Source: Candidatus Yanofskybacteria bacterium
GTDB lineage: Bacteria > Patescibacteriota > Minisyncoccia > JACQLN01
NCBI GenBank assembly: GCA_943359335.1
Contig: CALRHC010000001.1
Coordinates: 22,466-86,465 of the forward strand
Reading direction: 5' to 3'
DNA: 64,000 nucleotides
The translations under genes were made by a program, and so were the position numbers. Of this stretch, positions 9,006 through 18,345 are shown in pieces (position 1 is the stretch's first letter; each line of letters begins with the position of its first letter). The notes beneath the pieces are model-generated. The model ran no database searches. It was given only the letters and a program-made list of their open reading frames with translations, and was not told the origin of the DNA.

Positions 9006-9456
9006 ACTTTATAGGTATTTCTATTTTATCGTCGTGTTCGGGCAATCCGGATGGATTGTCTTTTTTTAGTATTAAAAAACCAGTGCTTGTTGTTGGTTCT
9101 TTTTCAAAATAAAATTCTTGAGAAAACGGAACAAAATCTGTGGTCATCCATTCTGCTTTTGCTTGAATTGGTTCTAAAAGTAAAACATTTTCATCTGCAT
9201 CTTTAAGTTCTATTGGAAACGAAGCTTCGAAATACCAATTGCCTCTGGCTTCGCCTTCTATTACAAATGGATTTGTTATAATATCCCCAGCTTTAATATT
9301 ATTAACTTTAATTAAATCTTTTTTAGCATCTATTTTTTCTTGGTAACTAGAAATAAATTCTTTAGAAAAAACCGGAGCATATTTTTTATAAACAAATAGT
9401 CCTAGTATAGAAATGGCTGTTACGAAGCAGATAAATATAAGTAATTTTTTAAGCAT
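8998..9456 (-). CDS. hypothetical N-terminally anchored or exported protein (152 aa)
   Basis: Single N-terminal hydrophobic helix LLIFICFVTAISILGLFVY; no motif. Confidence 0.4.
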   Translation of the reverse strand: MLKKLLIFICFVTAISILGLFVYKKYAPVFSKEFISSYQEKIDAKKDLIKVNNIKAGDIITNPFVIEGEARGNWYFEASFPIELKDADENVLLLEPIQAKAEWMTTDFVPFSQEFYFEKEPTTSTGFLILKKDNPSGLPEHDDKIEIPIKFK

Positions 9457-9512
9457 AGATTAAGTTTAAACCAGATGTGACAAAATATCCAAAAAATGAT
9501 ATTTATTAATTT

Positions 9513-10616
9513 ATGTCAAATAGTGTTGATCGAAAGGTATACATAGGAATGTCGGGCGGGGTTGATAGCTCTGTTGCCGCTTTGTTGTTAAAAAACGAAG
9601 GCTATAATGTAACCGGTGTTTTTATGAAAAACTGGAGCGATCCAGCTTGGCCTTGCCCATGGGAAGAAGATCGCGCCGATGCTATGCGAGTTTGTTTAAA
9701 ACTTGGTATACCTTTCGAAACTTGGGATTTTACTAAAGAATACAAAGAAAAAGTTGTAGATTATATGATCCGCGAATACGCGGCCGGCCGAACGCCAAAC
9801 CCAGATGTAATGTGCAATAAAGAAATTAAGTTTGGTTTATTTTTTAATAAAGCCATAGAACTTGGTGCAGATTTTATTGCAACGGGACACTATGTGAGAA
9901 AAATCAAAAATCAAAAATCAAATCTCAAAAATTATGTACTCGCTCGCGCTCGCTATTTAGATAAGGATCAGTCTTACTTTCTTTGGACGCTCAAGCAGGG
10001 TCAGATAGAAAAATGTTTGTTTCCAATAGGCGAAATAGAATCTAAAGCCGAGGTTAGAAAAATTGCAGAAGGAGCAAGCCTGCCTACGGCAGGTAAAAAA
10101 GATTCGCAGGGAATTTGTTTTATGGGACCGGTAGATATAAAAGAATTTATAAAACCATTTGTTAAAAAAGAAATTGGCGATATTGTTACAACTTCTGGCC
10201 CTGGTCGGGCAAGCCAAAAAGTTGGCACGCATGGCGGTTTAGATTTTTATACTATCGGCCAACGCAAAGGTGTCGGCATTGGCGGCACGGGACCATATTA
10301 TGTTGCTAAAAAAGATTACGAAACTAATACACTAATTGTTTCACCTGTTACAGATATGCAATCATTGGAATCCAAATCGCTTACAGCTTCCGATATAAAT
10401 TTTATAGATGAGCGATTTGTCCCGAGTGCAGCCGAGGGAATCCAAATTCAAGCTTCTATTCGTTATCGCCAAGAACCAGTCTCGGCAGTATTGTCGAAAT
10501 TAGAAAACAATAAATACAAGGTAGAATTTGAAAAACCAGTTCGTGCCGTATCTTCCGGCCAATCAGTTGTGTTTTATAATGGAGACGAAATGTTGGGTGG
10601 TGGCGTGATAGAATAA
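9513..10616 (+). CDS. mnmA: tRNA-specific 2-thiouridylase MnmA
   Basis: PP-loop SGGVDSSVAA, catalytic Cys region, C-terminal barrel; contains a low-complexity insert KIKNQKSNLKN encoded by (ATCAAAA)3. Confidence 0.85.
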   Translation: MSNSVDRKVYIGMSGGVDSSVAALLLKNEGYNVTGVFMKNWSDPAWPCPWEEDRADAMRVCLKLGIPFETWDFTKEYKEKVVDYMIREYAAGRTPNPDVMCNKEIKFGLFFNKAIELGADFIATGHYVRKIKNQKSNLKNYVLARARYLDKDQSYFLWTLKQGQIEKCLFPIGEIESKAEVRKIAEGASLPTAGKKDSQGICFMGPVDIKEFIKPFVKKEIGDIVTTSGPGRASQKVGTHGGLDFYTIGQRKGVGIGGTGPYYVAKKDYETNTLIVSPVTDMQSLESKSLTASDINFIDERFVPSAAEGIQIQASIRYRQEPVSAVLSKLENNKYKVEFEKPVRAVSSGQSVVFYNGDEMLGGGVIE

Positions 10617-10656
10617 TTTTGATTTTATTACCCATTTTCCGTTACAATAAAGCCAC

Positions 10657-12375
10657 ATGAATTCTCAAGAAATAAGACAGAGGTTTCTTAAATTTTTCCA
10701 AGAACAGGGGCATAAGGCTGTGCCGTCTAGTTCGCTTGTCCCAACCGATCCCTCGGTTCTTTTAACAACTGCAGGAATGCAGCAGTTTAAACCGTACTTT
10801 GTTGGTCAAAAAGATCCGCTAGCCGATTTTGGTTCTAAAAATACTGTGTCTGTTCAAAAATCTTTCCGCACTTCGGATATTGATGAGGTGGGCGATGAAA
10901 CCCACCTAACATTTTTCGAAATGTTAGGGAACTTTAGTTTTGGCGGGTATTTTAAAAAAGAAGCTATCCATTATGGTTATGAATTTATAACCAAAGAAAT
11001 GGGTCTCACTATCGATTACGTTAGTGTTTTTGAAGGAGACTCGGAAGTCCCAGCCGATACGGAATCGGAAGAAATTTGGAGATCTTTAGGAATTACAAAA
11101 ATAGAAAGATTCGGCAGAAAAGATAATTTTTGGGGTCCAACTGGTGCCGAAGGCCCATGTGGCCCAACCACAGAAATTTATGTTAACGGTGTAGAGGTTT
11201 GGAATATAGTTTTTAATGAATACTATATGAAGCCAGATAAAACTTTAGAACCCTTAAAACAAAAAGGCGTAGATACCGGTATGGGTTTAGATCGTTTAGC
11301 GGTTATGGTACAAGGTAAAAAAAATGTTTTTGAAACAGACTTATTAGAACCAATTTTAAAAATTTTGCCAGAGAGTATGGATTCTCGGCACAAGCGAATA
11401 ATAGCCGATCACTTACGTGCTTCTGTCTTTCTTTTAGCCGACGGTGTAATGCCTTCTAATAAGGATAGGGGTTATATTTTGCGCCGATTGTTGCGCCGAG
11501 CATTTACATACGAACATATATATAAATTTTCACCTCAAACTGGCGAATCTTTAATTATAGAAGTTATAAAAAAATATGGTGATTTTTATCCCGAACTACA
11601 AAATCAAAAAAATAATATTATAGATATATATTTTGGCGAGTGGCAAGGTTTTAAATCGGCTTTAGAACGCGGTTTAAAGGTTTTAGAAAAAGAGAATAGT
11701 ATAGATGCCGAAAAAGCTTTTAATTTTTATGAAACATATGGTTTGCCTTACGATATTATAAAAGAAATTGCCGGTGTTAAAGCAGAAAGTTTAACATTAG
11801 AGGGTTTTGATGAAGAGTTTAAAAAACACCAAGAAATTTCTCGTGCTGGGGCCGAAAAAAAGTTTGGCGGGCATGGCATGGTGGAAGGTGATTTGACTGC
11901 GTTAGATGCGGCCGAGATGAAAGTAAAAACCGGTTTGCATACAGTTACACATTTGTTGAATGCGGCGTTGCACAAAGTTTTGGGCGAAGAAGTTTCTCAG
12001 CGTGGATCCGATATAACCGCAGAAAGAACTCGTTTTGATTTTGTTTTTAATAGGAAACTAACCGATGAAGAAATTAAAAAAGTAGAAGATTTGGTAAACG
12101 AAGCTATCTCAGCCAACTACCCAGTTAAAATAGAAACCATGCCACTGGAGGATGCTAAAAAATCTGGCGCTTTATATTTTTATAAAGGTAATTTTCCAGA
12201 AATGGTTAAGGTTTATTCTTTCGGTCCTTCGGCAGACTCAGGATCTCCTTTCAGTCGAGAAATATGTGGTGGTCCACATGTTTCAAGTACTGGAGAAATT
12301 GTAGGAAAATTTAGAATAATCAAAGAGGAAAGTTCAAGCGCAGGTATTCGCAGGATTAGAGCTACTGTGGAATAG
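10657..12375 (+). CDS. alaS: alanine--tRNA ligase, compact 572-aa form lacking the C-Ala domain
   Basis: N-terminal FLKFFQEQGHKAVPSSSLVP...TTAGMQQFKPYF class-II AlaRS motifs; editing-site HTVTHLLNAALH and CGGPHV present. Confidence 0.8.
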   Translation: MNSQEIRQRFLKFFQEQGHKAVPSSSLVPTDPSVLLTTAGMQQFKPYFVGQKDPLADFGSKNTVSVQKSFRTSDIDEVGDETHLTFFEMLGNFSFGGYFKKEAIHYGYEFITKEMGLTIDYVSVFEGDSEVPADTESEEIWRSLGITKIERFGRKDNFWGPTGAEGPCGPTTEIYVNGVEVWNIVFNEYYMKPDKTLEPLKQKGVDTGMGLDRLAVMVQGKKNVFETDLLEPILKILPESMDSRHKRIIADHLRASVFLLADGVMPSNKDRGYILRRLLRRAFTYEHIYKFSPQTGESLIIEVIKKYGDFYPELQNQKNNIIDIYFGEWQGFKSALERGLKVLEKENSIDAEKAFNFYETYGLPYDIIKEIAGVKAESLTLEGFDEEFKKHQEISRAGAEKKFGGHGMVEGDLTALDAAEMKVKTGLHTVTHLLNAALHKVLGEEVSQRGSDITAERTRFDFVFNRKLTDEEIKKVEDLVNEAISANYPVKIETMPLEDAKKSGALYFYKGNFPEMVKVYSFGPSADSGSPFSREICGGPHVSSTGEIVGKFRIIKEESSSAGIRRIRATVE

Positions 12376-12409
12376 ATTTTGTTTAAATGTAGTATAATAT
12401 AAGGCAAAC

Positions 12410-14113
12410 ATGTCAAAAGAAAATATATATATAGAACTCCACGAAGATATTCAATCGGCAGTTGAAAAAATACAATCTTCCGAAGCCGACACAATAGACC
12501 TAGTAATTCCAACAGGCGCTAGAATATTACAAAATATAGTAGATGCCCATTTAATAAAAGATGTTGCCGATGAATGTGACAAAGATTTAACCGTGATTAC
12601 AAGTGATCTTATGGGTAAAATTTTTGCAGAACGTGCTGGGTTAGCCGTTACTGGTTTAAATGGTGCCGAGGAATCGGGTGTAGTAGTTTCTCAGGCAATA
12701 TCATCTACCGGTAGAATTAGCGATATTATTCCAAGAAAAAGAGGAATACCAATAGGAATATCTTCCGAAAAAAAACAACAAGCAGTTTTAACCGCTAGAA
12801 CAAAAACCGTGGCAAGGTCTTCTGGTGGTTCTAGATCTAACGATAAAAAAGCAGAAGATTTTTATTTAAAGAAAAATAAAGGTGAAAATGGTGCGAGTTT
12901 TTTAAAATCATACAGAGAAGAACGTTCCAAAGCGAATGTTTTTGGTAATTTAAGTAAAATAAATCATAAAAAGTTTTTAAGCCCTAGTTCTTTTGTAGGG
13001 CTTATTGTTTTTGTAGCACTAGCAGTTTCTTTTGTTGTATTTAGCCAAGTTTTACCAAAGGCAGATATTTTGGTATATCCAGCACGTGAAGCAAAAAATG
13101 GAAGCATAGAAGTTTTTATTTCTGGGAAAGATTCTAAAACAGATTTAGAAAAAGGTATAATCCCTGGCGAACTTTTAACGAGCGAAAAAATGGAAAGTAT
13201 CGAATCTCCAGCAACAGGTACCCAAAGTTCTTCTGGTAAGGCACGAGGCAAGATAACTATATATAATACTTATTCAACACAGGCTCAAAAATTTGTATCT
13301 TCGAGATTTCAATCGGAAAGTGGAAAAATATTTTGGACAGTATCTAGTGTTAGTGTTCCTGGGTACACCACAAAGAGCGGGAAAATAGTTCCCGGAGAAA
13401 TTACAACCGATGTTGTAGCAGCCGAAGGTGGGGATTCTTATAATATTGCCTCTTCCAAATTTACAATGCCCGCATTTAAAGGTACTGCTAAGGGAGATAA
13501 AATTTATGCTGTATCTAAAGAAGCTATGACAGGTGGCGGAGCCAATGGAGCCAAAATTGTTTCAACTAATGACGCTACAAATGCATACGATAGCTTAAAA
13601 GAAGAAATAAAACCTCAGTTTGATTCTTTTAAACAAAATTTACCACAAGGTTTTAGTTTTTGGCCCGAAGCCTATAACGAAGAATTGGCTTCGAGTTCTG
13701 TTTCTCCGGAAGTTGGTTCGGTTGCCGAAAAATTTACAGCTACTGTAAAAATGGTGGCTAGAACGATTGTATTTAAAAACGACGATCTAGATTTATACAT
13801 AAACAAAAGAATCTCTAAAGATATAGACGAAAATAAAACATTGTTAACTAGTTCTAAAGATGTTTCTTTCTTAAAACAACCACTTGTCGATTACCAAAAA
13901 GGTACGGTTTCTGCGACTCTAAATGTTAAATACGATGTAATGGATGACTTTAATATAGATTCTTTCAAGAAAAGTATATTAAATAAAAAGAAAACAAACA
14001 TCGATATCGCCGATTATAAAGCCGACCGCATAGAAGTTAACCTTTGGCCGTTCTGGGTGAGGTCTATTCCATCTAATCCGGATAGGGTAAATGTGACCAT
14101 TGTAGGGCTTTAA
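12410..14113 (+). CDS. hypothetical membrane-anchored protein (567 aa; cytoplasmic N-domain, one TM, large Ser/Thr-rich extracytoplasmic part)
   Basis: TM at about residue 190 (FVGLIVFVALAVSFVVF); no recognised motif. Confidence 0.45.
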   Translation: MSKENIYIELHEDIQSAVEKIQSSEADTIDLVIPTGARILQNIVDAHLIKDVADECDKDLTVITSDLMGKIFAERAGLAVTGLNGAEESGVVVSQAISSTGRISDIIPRKRGIPIGISSEKKQQAVLTARTKTVARSSGGSRSNDKKAEDFYLKKNKGENGASFLKSYREERSKANVFGNLSKINHKKFLSPSSFVGLIVFVALAVSFVVFSQVLPKADILVYPAREAKNGSIEVFISGKDSKTDLEKGIIPGELLTSEKMESIESPATGTQSSSGKARGKITIYNTYSTQAQKFVSSRFQSESGKIFWTVSSVSVPGYTTKSGKIVPGEITTDVVAAEGGDSYNIASSKFTMPAFKGTAKGDKIYAVSKEAMTGGGANGAKIVSTNDATNAYDSLKEEIKPQFDSFKQNLPQGFSFWPEAYNEELASSSVSPEVGSVAEKFTATVKMVARTIVFKNDDLDLYINKRISKDIDENKTLLTSSKDVSFLKQPLVDYQKGTVSATLNVKYDVMDDFNIDSFKKSILNKKKTNIDIADYKADRIEVNLWPFWVRSIPSNPDRVNVTIVGL

Positions 14114-14143
14114 ATACCCTTGTTTTAAGCCATTATTTTATTG

Positions 14144-14172
14144 TTGACGCCACTGTTTCTATTTGTTATACT
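14144..14172 (+). promoter_or_regulatory. sigma-70-type promoter TTGACG-17-TATACT upstream of infA
   Basis: Good -35/-10 hexamers with 17-nt spacer 18 nt upstream of the infA ATG. Confidence 0.55.
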
Positions 14173-14189
14173 CTTGCAGTTACTAAATA

Positions 14190-14405
14190 ATGAAAAAGGA
14201 TGCTATCCGAAAGGAAGGAGTCGTATTAGAGGCTCTTCCAAGTGCCATGTTTAAGGTTCAATTAGACGATGGTACGGAGGTATTAGCCCATCTTTCAGGA
14301 AAGATGAGGTTGAATTTTATTCGTATTCTCCCTGGAGATAAAGTTGCTATGGAATTCTCTCCATACGACCCAAAAAGAGGTAGAATAGTGTATAGAGGAA
14401 GATAG
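14190..14405 (+). CDS. infA: translation initiation factor IF-1
   Basis: 71 aa S1-like fold, [31 protein letters not shown]...I.PGDKV. Confidence 0.9.
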   Translation: MKKDAIRKEGVVLEALPSAMFKVQLDDGTEVLAHLSGKMRLNFIRILPGDKVAMEFSPYDPKRGRIVYRGR

Positions 14406-14479
14406 ATTTATTTACACTGTAATTAAGATGATCTTTATTAAAAGATAAGGATTGTTTCTTTGCTGTTTGCAAATTAAAA

Positions 14480-14596
14480 ATGAAAGTTCAACCATCAGTT
14501 AAAAAAATATGCAATAAGTGTAAGACCGTTCGACGTAAGGGTAGAATTTACGTTATTTGTTCTAATCCTAAACATAAACAGCGTCAAGGCGCTTAG
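14480..14596 (+). CDS. rpmJ: 50S ribosomal protein L36
   Basis: Not in the ORF track (below its length cutoff); manual translation gives [38 protein letters not shown] (38 aa, zinc-ribbon L36). Confidence 0.85.
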   Translation: MKVQPSVKKICNKCKTVRRKGRIYVICSNPKHKQRQGA

Positions 14597-14597
14597 T

Positions 14598-14655
14598 CTT
14601 GAAACTCGCAACTTGTAGCTTGTAACTCAAAAAGTTTCAAGCTTCAGGTTACAAG
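14598..14655 (+). promoter_or_regulatory. H-type pseudoknot in the rpmJ-rpsM leader (candidate S4-type autoregulatory element)
   Basis: Helix 1 CTTGAAACT(14598-14606)/AGTTTCAAG(14633-14641); helix 2 CTTGTAAC(14619-14626, inside loop 1)/GTTACAAG(14648-14655); 3' strand overlaps the AAGG just upstream of the rpsM ATG. Confidence 0.45.
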
Positions 14656-14668
14656 GTATAAGATTTAT

Positions 14669-15055
14669 ATGAGAATTGCAGGTATAAACATTCCAGATAA
14701 CAAAAGAGTAGAAGTCGCTTTGACTTATATTTTTGGCGTTGGTTTAACACTTTCTAAAGGTATTTTAAAAGCTACAAAAATAGATCCAGATAAAAGAGCT
14801 AAAGATTTAACTTCGGACGAAGCTAATAAGATTAAAGAATACGTTGAAAAGAATTTTAAAATAGAAGGAGAATTAAAAAGAGAAATAACTCAGAATATAA
14901 AAAGAAAGAAAGATATTGGTTCGTATCAGGGAATAAGGCATATGCGTGGTTTGCCAGTTCGTGGCCAGCAAACAAAAACAAATAACAGAACCAGAAGAGG
15001 GAATACAAGAAAGACTATGGGTTCTGGCAGAAAACCATCAGCACAGAAAACATAG
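14669..15055 (+). CDS. rpsM: 30S ribosomal protein S13
   Basis: [25 protein letters not shown]...; canonical S13. Confidence 0.9.
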   Translation: MRIAGINIPDNKRVEVALTYIFGVGLTLSKGILKATKIDPDKRAKDLTSDEANKIKEYVEKNFKIEGELKREITQNIKRKKDIGSYQGIRHMRGLPVRGQQTKTNNRTRRGNTRKTMGSGRKPSAQKT

Positions 15056-15082
15056 ACCTAGCTTTAATATATAAATATTCAA

Positions 15083-15520
15083 ATGGGTAAAAAAAGAATT
15101 ATAGAAAAAGAGGAAAAGACAGGTGAAGCTTCAGAGGCTAAAGCTGCTCCAGCACAGAGCCGTAAGGTTGGTGCTGTAGAAAAGGGTAGGGTTTATATTC
15201 AGGCTAGCTATAACAATACTTTAATTAGTTTCACAGATGATGGAGGAAACTTGATTGCTCAGTCTTCAGCTGGAGCCTTAGGTTTTAAAGGACCAAGAAA
15301 AGCTACTCCATATGCTGCTAATAGAATAATCGAAACTTTGGGAGAAAAAATGAAGAAGGTTGGTTTAAGGGATGTAGTGGTTTTTGTAAAAGGCATTGGC
15401 TCTGGTAGAGAAGCTGCAGTTAGAGCTTTAGTAGGACAAGGTTTAAATGTTACTTCTATAAAAGATGTAACCCCTGTACCGCATAATGGCCCTAAGCCAC
15501 CTAAACCAAGAAGGGTATAA
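15083..15520 (+). CDS. rpsK: 30S ribosomal protein S11
   Basis: YIQASYNNTLISFTDDGGN...GFKGPRKATPYAA. Confidence 0.9.
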   Translation: MGKKRIIEKEEKTGEASEAKAAPAQSRKVGAVEKGRVYIQASYNNTLISFTDDGGNLIAQSSAGALGFKGPRKATPYAANRIIETLGEKMKKVGLRDVVVFVKGIGSGREAAVRALVGQGLNVTSIKDVTPVPHNGPKPPKPRRV

Positions 15521-15600
15521 ATCATCAGCTTCACTAGCTTCATTAGCTTATTAGGATATCAAACCTAAAAACTAAAGAAGCTAAAAGCTAAAAGCTAAAC
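15521..15600 (+). repeat. intergenic palindromic repeat (AGCTTCACTAGCTTCATTAGC ... GAAGCTAAAAGCTAAAAGCTAAAC|ATG)
   Basis: Member of the six-copy family; fills the whole rpsK-rpsD spacer and ends at the rpsD ATG. Confidence 0.6.
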
Positions 15601-16206
15601 ATGTATCAATCAACTTGTAAAAAATGCAGAAGACTAGGTTATAAGGTGTGTGATTCCGCTAAATGCGGTATGGTTCGCAAACCTTATCCACCAGGACAGC
15701 ACGGAAAAAATATTCGTCGCCGTCTTTCTGAATATGGAACCCAGCAAGCCGAAAAACAAAAGCTTAAACTTATTTATGGTTTAAGAGAAAAACAATTTAA
15801 AAAATATTTTGATACGGCTTCTAAAAAAAGCGGTATTACTCCTCAAATAATGATGGAGCTTTTAGAACGAAGATTAGACAATGTTATTTTTAGATTAGGA
15901 CTTGCTCCAACCAGACGTGCCTCAAGGCAATTAGTTGGGCATGGTCATATCACAATAAATAGCAAAAAGGTTAGCTCACCGTCTTATTCTGTGAGCCCAG
16001 GGGAATTAATAGATATTAAAGAATCCAGCAAAGCTAAAAAGACTTTTTCTGAAACCAAAACAATTTTAAAGAAATTTAATCCACCAAGATGGTTAGAGTT
16101 AGATAAAGAAAATCTTTCCGGAAAAGTGATTAGCGTACCAGATAAAGAATTTTTAGCTGGATTACCGGTAGAGGTTTCAAAAGTTTTGGAATATTATTCA
16201 AGATAA
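15601..16206 (+). CDS. rpsD: 30S ribosomal protein S4
   Basis: N-terminal Cys cluster CKKCRRLG..C..C, YPPGQHG, S4 domain. Confidence 0.9.
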   Translation: MYQSTCKKCRRLGYKVCDSAKCGMVRKPYPPGQHGKNIRRRLSEYGTQQAEKQKLKLIYGLREKQFKKYFDTASKKSGITPQIMMELLERRLDNVIFRLGLAPTRRASRQLVGHGHITINSKKVSSPSYSVSPGELIDIKESSKAKKTFSETKTILKKFNPPRWLELDKENLSGKVISVPDKEFLAGLPVEVSKVLEYYSR

Positions 16207-16269
16207 TAAATTAATAAATAATTCCGATCTAGCTTTGCCAAGTGGCTAACCTGGACGGTTATAAAAAAC

Positions 16270-17016
16270 ATGCAAAAATTTTCACTACCACAGTCACCAA
16301 AGATAGTAAAAAAAGATGGTAATTCAGCAGTCATTGAAGTTGACTCTCTTTACCCAGGATACGGCACAACTTTAGGCAATGCTTTGCGTAGAGTTCTTTT
16401 GTCGTCTATTCCGGGAGCTGCTATTACAACCGTAAAAATAACTGGAGTCGATCATGAGTTTTCTACTATCCCTAATGTAATGGAAGATGTTATTCATATT
16501 CTTTTAAATTTAAAACAGGTAAGATTTAAACTTTTTAAGGACGAAGCTATAACAATCAAATTATCTGTGAAAGGGGAAAAAAAGGTTACTGCAGCCGATT
16601 TTCAAACAATTGGCGGTGAGGTGGAAATCGTAAACACCGATGCTTATATTGCTACTCTTACCGATAAAAAAGCTAGCTTAGAAATAGAAGCTGAAATTAC
16701 TCCAGGCGTAGGTTACGAACCAATCGAAAGAAGAAAGAAAGATAAAATTGCTATTGGTAGTATTGCACTTGATGCTATCTATACTCCAGTTAGAAAGGTA
16801 ATGTTTAGCGCAGAAAATATGCGCGTAGGCGACAGGACAGATTTTAATAAATTAGTTTTTGAAATAGAAACAGACGGTTCTATAAGGCCGGAAGAAGCTT
16901 TTAAAAAAGCTGTAGATATTTTAGATGAACACATTAAAATTTTAGGTGAAATAGAAATTACCGAAGAAGAGGAAGTAAAGAAGGTGTCTAAGAAATCTAA
17001 AAAATCCGAAGAATAA
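16270..17016 (+). CDS. rpoA: DNA-directed RNA polymerase alpha subunit, N-terminal domain only (no alpha-CTD)
   Basis: 248 aa; alpha-NTD motifs (EVDSLYPGYGTTLGNALRRVLLSSIPGAAIT); ends in an acidic/Lys tail EEEEVKKVSKKSKKSEE instead of the usual 80-aa CTD. Confidence 0.8.
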   Translation: MQKFSLPQSPKIVKKDGNSAVIEVDSLYPGYGTTLGNALRRVLLSSIPGAAITTVKITGVDHEFSTIPNVMEDVIHILLNLKQVRFKLFKDEAITIKLSVKGEKKVTAADFQTIGGEVEIVNTDAYIATLTDKKASLEIEAEITPGVGYEPIERRKKDKIAIGSIALDAIYTPVRKVMFSAENMRVGDRTDFNKLVFEIETDGSIRPEEAFKKAVDILDEHIKILGEIEITEEEEVKKVSKKSKKSEE

Positions 17017-17021
17017 AAAAT

Positions 17022-17372
17022 ATGCGACACGTATCTAAGAAAGGCAGAAAATTCGGCAGGGTAAAGAAAGTAAGAAAGGCTTTGTTAAAGAGCTTGTGTT
17101 TAGCTTTGATTTTAAGAGGTAGAATCAGGACCACCGAAGCTAAAGCTAAAGAATTAGGTACGGTTATTTCACCATTTATCACTAAGGCTAGAAAAGGAGG
17201 ACTTGCCAATATAAAACTTATTGCTAAATTTTTACCAGAACAAGCTGTTAGTAAGTTAGTTAAAGAAATTGGTCCTAAGTATCAAGATAGAAACGGCGGA
17301 TACACCAGAATAATTAAATTGGGAGAAATGAGAAAAGACGGCGCTAGAATGTGTTTAATTGAATTTGTTTAG
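17022..17372 (+). CDS. rplQ: 50S ribosomal protein L17
   Basis: MRHVSKKGRKFGR...GGYTRIIKLG.R.GD. Confidence 0.9.
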   Translation: MRHVSKKGRKFGRVKKVRKALLKSLCLALILRGRIRTTEAKAKELGTVISPFITKARKGGLANIKLIAKFLPEQAVSKLVKEIGPKYQDRNGGYTRIIKLGEMRKDGARMCLIEFV

Positions 17373-17390
17373 ACCACGTAAAATACAAAC

Positions 17391-17765
17391 ATGAAAACAA
17401 ACAAAGAATACAAATTTGATGCAAAAGGAAAAATACTTGGTAGACTCGCTACCGAAGTGGCTTTGGTTTTGCGTGGCAAGGACGGTGCTGATTTTTCTCC
17501 TAATATGCCAGATCTAAGCAGAAAAGTAACTGTTTATAATACCGATGAATTAAAATTTACTGGTAATAAGCTGGAAGACAAAAAATATCATGTTTATTCT
17601 GGCTACCCAAGCGGTATTAGAACAAGAAGACTAGAAGAACAGATGGAAAGAGATTCCAGGGAAGTTTTAAAATTGGCGGTTTATGGTATGTTACCGAAAA
17701 ACAGATTAAGAAACAGATTTATTGCCAATTTAAAATTATTAAAAAAGGGATTAAAAGGCGAATAA
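17391..17765 (+). CDS. rplM: 50S ribosomal protein L13
   Basis: KILGRLATEVALVLRGKD..., canonical L13. Confidence 0.85.
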   Translation: MKTNKEYKFDAKGKILGRLATEVALVLRGKDGADFSPNMPDLSRKVTVYNTDELKFTGNKLEDKKYHVYSGYPSGIRTRRLEEQMERDSREVLKLAVYGMLPKNRLRNRFIANLKLLKKGLKGE

Positions 17766-17771
17766 AATAAT

Positions 17772-18287
17772 ATGGCTACAAAAGTACAAGAAAAAGAAAA
17801 AATCGAAGAGGTTGTTGAGGATTTAGATACCGAAAAGGAAGAGGCTACTGTTTTTAATACAGATAAAAAAGATTCTAAAAAATATTTTGAAGCAGTTGGC
17901 CGTAGAAAACGATCTATCGCTAGAGTCAGAATTTTTACAACTAACCCTAAAGAATCTGCTTCGCAAGGAGGTTTTGTTGTTAACGATAAAACATTAAAAG
18001 ATTATTTTGGTAGCACCCCAGCTTTTGTGGAAATGGCTTTAGAATCTTTGAACCGATTAAAAGCCTCCGATCATTTTAAAGTTTCGGTTAAGGTTAATGG
18101 TGGCGGAACAAATTCGCAAGCCGAAGCTATTCGTTTAGGTATTGCTCGGGCTTTGGTTAAATTCGATCTAAATTTTAGAAAGAAACTTAAAAAATCTGGA
18201 ATGTTACGCCGCGATCCACGTGAAAAAGAACGCCGCAAGTATGGTTTGAAGAAAGCTCGAAGAGCTCCGCAATTTTCAAAACGTTAA
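17772..18287 (+). CDS. rpsI: 30S ribosomal protein S9 (with about 40-aa acidic N-terminal extension)
   Basis: GRRKRSIARVRI...GGGTNSQAEAIRLGIARAL...RRDPREKERRKYGLKKARRAPQFSKR. Confidence 0.9.
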   Translation: MATKVQEKEKIEEVVEDLDTEKEEATVFNTDKKDSKKYFEAVGRRKRSIARVRIFTTNPKESASQGGFVVNDKTLKDYFGSTPAFVEMALESLNRLKASDHFKVSVKVNGGGTNSQAEAIRLGIARALVKFDLNFRKKLKKSGMLRRDPREKERRKYGLKKARRAPQFSKR

Positions 18288-18308
18288 GTCTATATACAAA
18301 AAAACAGC

Positions 18309-18345
18309 TCCGATCGATATCGGAGCTGTTTTTTATTACTTATTA
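18309..18345. terminator. bidirectional intrinsic terminator (ACAGCTCCGAT-CGAT-ATCGGAGCTGT flanked by A-run/T-run) between convergent rpsI and the 18343 gene
   Basis: Near-identical to the hairpin at 2896; A-run on the left and T-run on the right. Confidence 0.7.
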
